Below, in pieces: positions 9,794 through 18,187 of a DNA stretch of 64,000 nucleotides. Made by a program: the position numbers and the translations under genes. The notes beneath the pieces were generated by a model. That model was not told the origin of the DNA, made no database searches, and saw only the letters and a list, made by a program, of their open reading frames with translations. The DNA comes from Promethearchaeota archaeon. Its GTDB lineage: Archaea; Asgardarchaeota; Lokiarchaeia; Sigyniarchaeales; SOKP01. The stretch covers positions 96,001 to 160,000 of the forward strand of contig JAUVNS010000004.1 of assembly GCA_030599585.1 (NCBI GenBank), given 5' to 3'. Each line of letters starts with the position of its first letter. Position 1 is the stretch's first letter.

Positions 9794-10309
9794 TTATTCT
9801 TTTAATTTTAAAGCTAACCTTACAAAAAGTTTTTGCAAGTCAAGTTTGTAACCAATAAGAGGAGTTAATCTGATATTAGTAGTTTTTTTATCTAGCTCTA
9901 AAAACCCTTCTTTTTCTAATATTTTTATATCATCTTTGACATCCTTTTTATTTCTCAACGCTCTAATCTCCTGAATTGAGGTATGTCCCGAATTTTTAAG
10001 GCAAGAAGTTAAAACACATAATAGTGTAGCTGATAAACTCGGTCTACCTTCAAAAGGATTAGCAGAAATTAATTCCGTTAGTTCATTATCATAATTTATA
10101 AACCAATGTGAATTTAACGAGTTGAAGATTATTTGAAGTCCCAATGGCTCGAGATATTTAGATAATCCCGTTAATAAATCTTGGAAGTAAATTGATTTGT
10201 TCTTATTCTTAACATTTAATGACTTCAAAATCTCTTTTTTGGTTGCCCCTATATGATGGATGCTTTTTTTTCTACTTAACATATACATTAAAACCGATAT
10301 TTCGTTCAT
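9794..10309 (-). CDS. KITE-family tandem winged-helix protein (Nse1/Nse3/ScpB-like)
   Basis: 171 aa with two WH-like halves (..LSKYLEPLGLQI..; ..ILEKEGFLE...IRLTP). Last gene after the SMC and kleisin. Confidence 0.65.
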   Translation of the reverse strand: MNEISVLMYMLSRKKSIHHIGATKKEILKSLNVKNKNKSIYFQDLLTGLSKYLEPLGLQIIFNSLNSHWFINYDNELTELISANPFEGRPSLSATLLCVLTSCLKNSGHTSIQEIRALRNKKDVKDDIKILEKEGFLELDKKTTNIRLTPLIGYKLDLQKLFVRLALKLKE

Positions 10310-10322
10310 TTATTAAATAACC

Positions 10323-10976
10323 TCATATGTATAGCGTATTTGTATCTTTTTGATATTTTATTTTGCCTAACTGGAGTAGATGTAAAAGGTATACGAATTG
10401 TTCATAAATCTCTATTTGATCCAACTCGTTATCGAACACATCTTCAAAAAAGCAAGGAAGTTTTTTTTTAATTTTGTCATAAAAAGCGCTAATCTTTTCC
10501 GTATATTTATACTTTGGAACTTCTAGTAAAAATTGATCGTTAGTTTCCTCTCTAGTCAAGTGTTCAATTGTAAAATGCGTTATCCTTTCTTTGATATAAC
10601 GATTAGAAGCGTAATCTAGAAATTTCAAAGAAATTGGTTCGAAATGAAATGTTTCTCTCCAACACCCGCGAAATATGTCGGATATTTGGTCCTCGTTGGG
10701 GTGAGTTTTCAAAAAATCTTCAAACTTCTTTTCTATATCTAACGAACTTAGCAAATTCTTTAACTCTTCAAATTTATCGTTGAGCAATTCAACTGCACTT
10801 TTAAAGCTTTGCGAATAATTTTCGATATTGTATATGCTAATTGAGTTCTTAATTTCGCTAAAAATAGGATTAAGTTGTAACTCTAATAAATTAATCTTAC
10901 CTGAGAGGACATCATCTTTTATAAGCGCTATCCTTTTATTGATTTTTTCTGATAAATCTAATTCCTCCACTTTCAC
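10323..10976 (-). CDS. Kleisin-like subunit (ScpA/Nse4-like)
   Basis: C-terminal kleisin WH pattern YEQFVYLLHLLQLGKIKYQ. The GTG start overlaps the SMC stop (GTGA). Confidence 0.72.
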   Translation of the reverse strand: MKVEELDLSEKINKRIALIKDDVLSGKINLLELQLNPIFSEIKNSISIYNIENYSQSFKSAVELLNDKFEELKNLLSSLDIEKKFEDFLKTHPNEDQISDIFRGCWRETFHFEPISLKFLDYASNRYIKERITHFTIEHLTREETNDQFLLEVPKYKYTEKISAFYDKIKKKLPCFFEDVFDNELDQIEIYEQFVYLLHLLQLGKIKYQKDTNTLYI

Positions 10977-13900
10977 CCTTCCTTAACGATTTTAGGATTA
11001 AAAATAGTCGACACTTCATTTTTTCCTACTCTAGCAACTCCAATTAACTTGTCTGCAAGAAGATAAAGAGCGTTTGATGATTTTGGTAAGAATAGTAGCA
11101 TTTGAATAGAATTATTCTCAAGAGTTGATTTTATCATGGTATACGAAGCTTCCGAATTCCTATCATCCAAAAACATCCCAGCTTCGTCAAGCATTACAAT
11201 AGGTGAGCTTTTAATCTCTAAAAGGGATAAAATTAACCCAATAGATATCATGGAAATCTGACCTCCGCTTAAAGCCTTGCATGATTTTAACTGATCCTTA
11301 GAGATTGCAGCTTTAATCTCTATTCCTAAATCTTCAAATTTCCCTATTAACTCAAGCGTACAATAAGCTTTAATATCCGTAGACTTAAATTTATCATTGA
11401 TTCTCGAATTTAGTTTTTTTAAAACTAGATGGAATTTGTCGAAATAAGTGTCTTCCAATTTATTTTCAGTTTTAATCGCCGATTTTATATCTATTTCTAT
11501 CTCTCTCTGATTTTTTGTAATTTCTTTTAAACCCTTTAGAATTTGTTCTTTTTCGACCAAGATACTATCATCTATATCGAAATATTTCAAGAGCTCTTTG
11601 TCGATGTTCAATAAATCTCGATTTATCTCTTGAATAGGTCGAAGTGATATTACTTCTTCTTCAATTAACGGACCAATTTCAGATATGACTCGCTTTAAGT
11701 CATCTTCTTTGACCCCTAATTCGCGTGAAATTGAAGTCTGCTTAAAAATCTCTTGTTCTAACCTTAAATTTAGTTGAATATAAGAAGAATCAATTTCTTT
11801 CTTTTCATTCAGGGTTATTTTTTTCTTTTCTTTTAACTCTGAGATGACATTGTTGACATTTAATAATTCTTCTTCAAGGTTTTCCAAGGCTGTATAAATT
11901 CTAAAAGCTTTTTTATCTGACTTTTCGAACGCGTCTTTTTTTGAATTATAATTATCTTCAGATGACTTTAAATCGCTGCTTTGGTAATTAATTTCCTCAC
12001 TGATCTCTTTTAGAGATTCGAGGTTTTCATTAAATTTTTCTTCCCATTTTTTTAATTCGTTGTTGTAATTATTTAGTTCACCGGGAATTTCCTTTATTCT
12101 TTTGTTCCATTCAAAGAATTCGGGGTCTTTCTGAGACTCTAAATCGTTGAGTTTTTGGGACACTTCGTTTAGGTTGTCATCAAACTCTTTATTACGCTGT
12201 TCTAAAGAGTAAATCAAGTTATAATGATGATTCTTCTTAGTAGTTAACCTTTCTTTTTGTTTAAAATTGAATAGAAGATCGGTAAAAGATTCTTTTTTTC
12301 TGAGGATTTCGTTTTGGTTCTTATCAAGTTTAGTTAGGTCTACTTTTAATTCTAAAATTTTGCTGTTTAACGATTTGATTTCTTTCTCCAAGAAATTTGA
12401 TTGCTCTTTCTGCGTTCCTGCGCTCAACAAGCCTTTTAACCTTTTTACATGAGGACTTTCGTAGACATATTTATAAGATATAATTTGTTTCCCTTGTAAT
12501 GTCACACATTTTCCCTTAAAACTACTGGTTCTGTAAATTTCTTTAGCGGACTGGTAGTCATCAACTACAATGCAATTTTTGATTATCGAATAAATAACCT
12601 TTTGGACATCGGAGTCTCCATTAATAATTTCAACCAGTTCGACTAAATACCCGATTACACCATTCGCAGCGATTTTTGGAAATGCTGTAATGTTGCTTTT
12701 TTTTGGAATATAAATGTTACAATATGCGTTATATTTCTTTTTTAGCCGCTCCATTAAATTTAATGTATCCCAATCACTCGTAATAAAGCTATTTAGTAAT
12801 CTTTCTCCAAAAACAGATTCAATTGCGTAGCTTAACTTATCATCATATTTTAGGTATTCAATTATAGGGCCCTTAACTCGATCTGATAATTCTCGTTTAC
12901 TAATTTCTTCTTTGAGAATGTTAATATTAGGCGAGAGTACAATTTTTCGTTCTCTTAACGCAGTTTGTATTCGTTTAAATTCTCTTATTTTTTTAGACTT
13001 ATCATATTCTATTCTTTCAATTTCAGCTTCAAATTTTAGTAGCTCTACTGTCACTTTTTTAAGATTTATGTCTAACTGTTTTAGTAGATCCTCTGAAGGG
13101 TTTTCTAAAAACCATTTGTTTTTAGATAACTTGTGGTCGATATCCTTCAAACTCTGAAAAATGTCGTTAATATCTTTTTTAATATCTTCAACATTATTTT
13201 CGTTTTCTTGAATGGTTCTTAGAATAACTTCCCTCTGCTGCGATAATTTGTTGTACTTCTCTAAAAAAGCTTCATTCTCTTTAATTTTCCTTATTAAATC
13301 ACTCTGTTCCTTGATAATACCATCGATTTCGTTTTTAATAAAATCTTTTTTTTTTTTAATTACATCGATTTTCTCGTCAACATTCTTTTTCTGATTTCGA
13401 ATATTCTCTAAGTTTTTCTTTTTTTCTGCTATGGTTTCTGCTAGTTTATCCAAGTCACTCATAGCATTAATTTTCTCTTTTTGCCAAGCACTAATTTCAT
13501 TTATAAATTCCTGTTTCTTATACCCTAATACACCTAACTTTTCTGAAAAAATGCTAATCTTGTTATCAATATCAAGAATAGTTTTCTCTTTTTCATTGAT
13601 TTTATTTTGATATTCATCAACTTCTTTTCTGTTAATGTCAATTTGGTTTTCGATTTCATTAAGCTTGACTTCTAATTCTTCAATTTCTTTTTGTAGTTCT
13701 CCTTTATTTGCCCAAAGTAACTCATCTGTGTATTTTTTTCTAATATCTAATAATTTATTTTTCTCGGTCAATCGTTTTAATTGTGGTGTCAACAGATCCA
13801 AGTTAATATTTAGAGCATTTTTTCTTGAAATTAACGATTGAAATTCAGCGTTTAATGCCAATACGCCTTTTTTTTGTTGGAGGATTTCATCTCTAAGTCC

Positions 13901-14464
13901 TTTTAATCCAATTCCCTCTTCTAGAAATGAGCAAAGTTCTATTGGTTTTAAATTTTTTATAGCATCAATTTTTCCTTGGCTTACGAACGCAAACTGATTA
14001 TCAGGATTGATATCTAGCTTGGAGACTAGTTTTTGAACTTCAGTTACGTGAGCTTTCTTGAATTCTTTGTCCTTATCAAGTTGTAATTCAAAAAAAGGGG
14101 ATTTCCCTTTTACTACAGTTCTTCGAATTTTAATAATCTCGGTGTGATGTTGAATGTGAAGCTCTACCATAGCGTGTGCTTGGTCGTTTCTTATAAAATC
14201 AGACCATTTTTTATATCTTTCATCTCTTTCGTTACTCCCTAAAGCAAATTTAATAGCTTGAAAAATTGAAGTCTTACCGCTCCAATTCGGACCAATTATT
14301 AAAACAAAACGAGGAATACCTTTATTTTTTTCAGTTGAAAAATTTACTTCATCCCTTTGGAAAGATAAAAAATTCTCTAATATAACCTTGCGTATATAGG
14401 TACCAGTCTCGATTAGTGATTTATCTTGGGTGTCAGTAGTGTTTTTCTTACTGGAAGAAGCCGT
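10973..14464 (-). CDS. Smc5/6-like SMC ATPase (about 1163 aa; start extended to ACG at 14464)
   Basis: 98 in-frame codons upstream of the track's ATG (14170) encode YIRKVILENFLSF and Walker A GPNWSGKTS. Also has INPDNQFAFVSQ (Q-loop), coiled coils, hinge VKGPI, LSGGQ, IVMLDE, and QMLLFLP (Pro in place of the H-loop His, as in Smc5/6). Confidence 0.88.
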   Translation of the reverse strand, partial: TASSSKKNTTDTQDKSLIETGTYIRKVILENFLSFQRDEVNFSTEKNKGIPRFVLIIGPNWSGKTSIFQAIKFALGSNERDERYKKWSDFIRNDQAHAMVELHIQHHTEIIKIRRTVVKGKSPFFELQLDKDKEFKKAHVTEVQKLVSKLDINPDNQFAFVSQGKIDAIKNLKPIELCSFLEEGIGLKGLRDEILQQKKGVLALNAEFQSLISRKNALNINLDLLTPQLKRLTEKNKLLDIRKKYTDELLWANKGELQKEIEELEVKLNEIENQIDINRKEVDEYQNKINEKEKTILDIDNKISIFSEKLGVLGYKKQEFINEISAWQKEKINAMSDLDKLAETIAEKKKNLENIRNQKKNVDEKIDVIKKKKDFIKNEIDGIIKEQSDLIRKIKENEAFLEKYNKLSQQREVILRTIQENENNVEDIKKDINDIFQSLKDIDHKLSKNKWFLENPSEDLLKQLDINLKKVTVELLKFEAEIERIEYDKSKKIREFKRIQTALRERKIVLSPNINILKEEISKRELSDRVKGPIIEYLKYDDKLSYAIESVFGERLLNSFITSDWDTLNLMERLKKKYNAYCNIYIPKKSNITAFPKIAANGVIGYLVELVEIINGDSDVQKVIYSIIKNCIVVDDYQSAKEIYRTSSFKGKCVTLQGKQIISYKYVYESPHVKRLKGLLSAGTQKEQSNFLEKEIKSLNSKILELKVDLTKLDKNQNEILRKKESFTDLLFNFKQKERLTTKKNHHYNLIYSLEQRNKEFDDNLNEVSQKLNDLESQKDPEFFEWNKRIKEIPGELNNYNNELKKWEEKFNENLESLKEISEEINYQSSDLKSSEDNYNSKKDAFEKSDKKAFRIYTALENLEEELLNVNNVISELKEKKKITLNEKKEIDSSYIQLNLRLEQEIFKQTSISRELGVKEDDLKRVISEIGPLIEEEVISLRPIQEINRDLLNIDKELLKYFDIDDSILVEKEQILKGLKEITKNQREIEIDIKSAIKTENKLEDTYFDKFHLVLKKLNSRINDKFKSTDIKAYCTLELIGKFEDLGIEIKAAISKDQLKSCKALSGGQISMISIGLILSLLEIKSSPIVMLDEAGMFLDDRNSEASYTMIKSTLENNSIQMLLFLPKSSNALYLLADKLIGVARVGKNEVSTIFNPKIVKEG

Positions 14465-14484
14465 CTTTTATCTCACCTACTTAC

Positions 14485-15768
14485 TTAATACTTTCCAAAC
14501 GCTCTCTTTAAATTATCGATACGTTTCTTTGCTTTTTCTAAATTGATTTGAGCCATCTTTGGACTATCGTTTAGAATAAACGCATATTTTGCCATTATTT
14601 TTCTCTCAATTTCTTCTAAATGCTCGTTCTTGTTTAATTTATCAATTATCAGCACAAGCTCGCTGTAATTTTTTGATACTGCGTTTTCGTACAACTGATT
14701 TAACATAAAATCTGTGAATCTTTCCTCTTTAATTTCATTCCTTAAATTTTGAGCGTAAACATTTCTATTTTCTGCATTTCTTCCATACATAGAATTTTTG
14801 TTAGAAAATTCATCGCTTTTGAAGAACTCTGAATCTTTTATATTTTGTTTCGTTTCTGGAGTAGTAGGAATATACTCTCCTGATTCAATCAAATTAATCA
14901 AGCCATCGGTAATTTCATTACTCGACTCATTTAATTCAGAATTGAGAAAATGTTTAAATATCCCTATTCTTAATAGTTGAATTAAGTCTTTTACCTCCCA
15001 AGTTTCTGTGTAATCTACTAATGTCTTGATATCAAACACAATTTTCGGATTTTTTTCAGAAAAAGCTCTAAATATCGTTTCTCTTTCCGCCTTATCTAAA
15101 ATTGGAACTTTGATAAAAAAATCAAACACATCAAAAATCAATTGCGAACTTTCTTTGATTTCCTTCATTGTATTATTTATCCAGATTAATATCAATCCAT
15201 CTTTTACAAAATTTGCCCTATTCTTATAGGATACCATAAAAAGTTCTAACAAATTTTTCCCATTTAAGTTAAGGCTGGAAAATTTCTGTTGGTCTAAAAC
15301 TAATAATCCTTTTATTTTAGATTGTTCAGGATCGTGTTCATTTGATTGAGGTTTTTCGTTGTTTTTTGTTTCATTTTCTCTATTCTTCACCGTTCGTTTT
15401 ATTACATCCTCTAAAATGTCAATTAGATTAGAAATAAAGACGTCAGGAGCCTTGACGATTTCCTCACGATTCAATTCAAAGAAATTTAAATAGTAATTTT
15501 TAGATATTAATTTTAAATAATCTACGATATCAGTTCCAGGATTTACTTTTATCAATATCGCACCTTTAGGGTGAATAAACTTATCATAACTCTGAACAAC
15601 TGATTCCTCGTCATTTGTTAAAACAATTTTCAGATAATTTATAATATCGTTATACTTATCTCGATAAAAAATCTCCTCTCTATCAATTTCAATTTCATTT
15701 GGTGTAATTACCCGATAGTACTTAGAGAATTCTATATCGTTATCTATATCTTCCATAGAGAAGTTCAT
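14485..15768 (-). CDS. Degenerate (Walker-less) classical AAA+ ATPase-like protein
   Basis: PKGAILIKVNPGTD occupies the position of PKGILLYGPPGTGKT; LLVLDQ at Walker B; FDFFIKVPILDKAERETIF...LVDYTETWEVKDL resembles the AAA lid. Confidence 0.6.
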   Translation of the reverse strand: MNFSMEDIDNDIEFSKYYRVITPNEIEIDREEIFYRDKYNDIINYLKIVLTNDEESVVQSYDKFIHPKGAILIKVNPGTDIVDYLKLISKNYYLNFFELNREEIVKAPDVFISNLIDILEDVIKRTVKNRENETKNNEKPQSNEHDPEQSKIKGLLVLDQQKFSSLNLNGKNLLELFMVSYKNRANFVKDGLILIWINNTMKEIKESSQLIFDVFDFFIKVPILDKAERETIFRAFSEKNPKIVFDIKTLVDYTETWEVKDLIQLLRIGIFKHFLNSELNESSNEITDGLINLIESGEYIPTTPETKQNIKDSEFFKSDEFSNKNSMYGRNAENRNVYAQNLRNEIKEERFTDFMLNQLYENAVSKNYSELVLIIDKLNKNEHLEEIERKIMAKYAFILNDSPKMAQINLEKAKKRIDNLKRAFGKY

Positions 15769-15865
15769 CTAACTGTTATTTATTTTTTTTTAACATTATT
15801 TCCATGTCAATTCTCACATATATATTTAGCGTTTGATAATCTGCCGACAAAAACTCATACATTTA

Positions 15866-15902
15866 AATATCATAATTTAGAATATCATAATTTAGAATAT
15901 CA
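15866..15902. repeat. 15-bp tandem repeat AATATCATAATTTAG, about 2.5 copies
   Basis: Copies at 15866-15880 and 15881-15895, partial copy at 15896-15902. Confidence 0.85.
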
Positions 15903-16009
15903 ACATCTTAATTAAGTTCAACAAGAAAGTGTTAATAAAATAAAGAGAGATAAATAATTTACAATAATATTGAGTATTAATAAAAAAAAGAGTAGAAATT
16001 AAAAATATT

Positions 16010-16267
16010 TTATTTTTTTCCGCCAGTACCATGCATACAGAAAAATCCGCCTTCTAGTTCGTACTTTGGAAATAATCCACAACCAAAGCAACTACAACCA
16101 TAATCCTTAACTTCGGACATTGGTTTTTCAGTTTTTCCACGGGAACAAAACAATGCATGTGGCTCAAATTCGTTTAATTTATTAGGTTTGAACGATGGAC
16201 AAGGACCACAGAATTTACGACATTCACTCATACTTTCCTCGTCATCGGGAACCGGTTTTGGAGTCAT
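16010..16267 (-). CDS. Small Cys-rich metal-binding protein (DUF2769-like)
   Basis: CxxxCxxCPSF...LFCSRGK...GCxCxxC...FFCxxG. Confidence 0.75.
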   Translation of the reverse strand: MTPKPVPDDEESMSECRKFCGPCPSFKPNKLNEFEPHALFCSRGKTEKPMSEVKDYGCSCFGCGLFPKYELEGGFFCMHGTGGKK

Positions 16268-16431
16268 ATTACTTAAACCTATATTTAGATGTGTTTTTAA
16301 TATTTATTAAAATTCTAATTACTATCGAAATGTCCTTTTTAGCTATTAAATTTAATATTTATAGATTATTAATTTTTAGGCGTATTGATACTTCCTTGAT
16401 GTATTCAACACAAAAAATGGTTAGAATTAAT

Positions 16432-16824
16432 TCATTCTAAAGCTAAATTTTGATTAAAAGTTGTTAAGTTATTCTTCAATTCTTCTTTAAATAGGTGGTA
16501 GAAGGTGAATTTCTGCTTTTTATATCCTTGAATTAACCCCACAGCAACTAACTTTCTTAAATGATGAGATATTGTTGATTGTGATTTATTCAATATCGTT
16601 TCTAACTCACAAACGCACCTATCTTGCTTTTTCAAGGCATTAATAATGATTAGTCGCTCTTTTGATGCAATTGCAGATGTAAATCTTTCAATAGCGTCTA
16701 AATTCTTATTCTCTTCCAACATTTTGCCCAATTTTAGTAACTTATCGAAATCAGGGTTTGAATCTGAACAATCTTTACAGTCACATAACATCTTTTTAAT
16801 TTCTTGAGCTCTTTTTTGTTTCAT
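16432..16824 (-). CDS. arsR: ArsR/SmtB metalloregulator
   Basis: CVCEL alpha3 As(III)-type site, SQSTISHHLRKL HTH and an extra N-terminal CxCxxC. Divergent from acr3. Confidence 0.88.
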   Translation of the reverse strand: MKQKRAQEIKKMLCDCKDCSDSNPDFDKLLKLGKMLEENKNLDAIERFTSAIASKERLIIINALKKQDRCVCELETILNKSQSTISHHLRKLVAVGLIQGYKKQKFTFYHLFKEELKNNLTTFNQNLALE

Positions 16825-17037
16825 AAGGTGCCAATTTTAAAAATATCTCTTGTATATATAGAATGAATAAATCGATAAATATAAATTTATAGGATTTGAA
16901 GCTCCATATTCACTCAAATCGATAACCTTAAATTTAACGTAGAATATTATATCTCAAGTTTCATCAACAAATAACATGAATTTTATAACTAAAATCAAAA
17001 AGGAATATAGAGTTAAAAAAGATAATTCAAAACCAGA

Positions 17038-18159
17038 TTGATGCTTATGGTTGAAGATGGTATTGAAAGTGAAGCAATAAATAATTTAGATAAATCAGAA
17101 GAAGCAAAACAAAAATCAAGAAAGATTAATTATTTCGAAAAGCTTCTTCCGATTTGGGTGGTACTATGTATCATCATTGGTATACTTCTCTCCCAATTTA
17201 TACCCGAATTAAGTCAAGCAATAAATTCTTTGCAAATTGGAGGTATTTCTATACCAATTGGAATTTGTTTGTTTTTAATGATGTACCCTGCGATGTTAAA
17301 TCTACAAGCATCAGAATTAAAAAAACTACGCAAAAACCCAAAACCTATAGTATTAACATTAATTTCTAATTGGCTCATTGCTCCTTTTGTGGGTTTGGCG
17401 ATGATTAATATATTTCTACCTGGTACAACCGAAGATATACAACAATTAAAAGTTGCGATAATTTTACTCTCAAGTTCGCCTTGTACAGCTATGGTGTTAG
17501 TGTGGGGATGGATGGCAAAAGGTAATCAAGAACAAAATGTAGTTAATACAAGCTTAAATACGATTACTATAATCTTTTTGTACGTAGGAATGGTTTCTTT
17601 ATTAACTAGCATTCAAAATATTCTCACGCCTGGGATTGTTGTTGATCCATGGTTGTTGTTAATCTCTTTAGTATTCTTCATTGGTATTCCGTTGTTATTA
17701 GGAATTGTAAGCAAGAGATTAATTATCACTTCGAAAGGATTATCGTGGTTTAATGATAGCTATAAACCATTTGTAGGAAAAATTTCAATTGTTGCTTTAT
17801 TGACAACTTTAGTGGTTTTGTTTTCCCTAAATGGCGATGTTCTTATAAATAATCCTGATTTGCTGCTACTAATCTCAATTCCACTCTTAGTAGGTTTTGT
17901 AATAGTGGTTGCTTACAACGTTTTTATTACTAAGATTTTTAAAATGAAGTATAAAGAAGCGATTATAACAATAATTATCGGCTCATCTAGTCACTTTGAA
18001 ATTGCTATCGCAACAGCCGTCGCAATGTATGGCGTTGGGTCCATAGCGGCTTTAGGAACTACAATGGGTTTATTTTGGGAAGTACCTGTTATGCTAGCAA
18101 TGGTATATCTTGGAAAATTCCTTGGGAAACGAGGATTTTGGAAATCTAATTCAAATTAA
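17038..18159 (+). CDS. acr3: Acr3 arsenite/antimonite efflux permease
   Basis: Motifs LMMYP, NWLIAPF, PCTAMVLVW, SSHFEIAIA and EVPVM. The start may be the ATG at 17041 or 17047. Confidence 0.93.
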   Translation: MMLMVEDGIESEAINNLDKSEEAKQKSRKINYFEKLLPIWVVLCIIIGILLSQFIPELSQAINSLQIGGISIPIGICLFLMMYPAMLNLQASELKKLRKNPKPIVLTLISNWLIAPFVGLAMINIFLPGTTEDIQQLKVAIILLSSSPCTAMVLVWGWMAKGNQEQNVVNTSLNTITIIFLYVGMVSLLTSIQNILTPGIVVDPWLLLISLVFFIGIPLLLGIVSKRLIITSKGLSWFNDSYKPFVGKISIVALLTTLVVLFSLNGDVLINNPDLLLLISIPLLVGFVIVVAYNVFITKIFKMKYKEAIITIIIGSSSHFEIAIATAVAMYGVGSIAALGTTMGLFWEVPVMLAMVYLGKFLGKRGFWKSNSN

Positions 18160-18187
18160 CAAAAACATATTAAAAAACTAAATAGGA

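Noticed and set aside
10973-14170. SMC as an N-terminally truncated pseudogene, as the ORF track implies
   Set aside because: The missing head with Walker A is intact and in frame upstream, with no stop or frameshift. Only a canonical start codon is lacking.
9794-15768. Wadjet (JetABCD/MksBEFG) defence system
   Set aside because: There is no Toprim nuclease (JetD) gene, the gene order differs, and the SMC motifs and hinge are Smc5/6-like.
16195-16440. 81-aa plus-strand ORF
   Set aside because: It overlaps two better-supported minus-strand genes and runs through AT-rich intergenic sequence.
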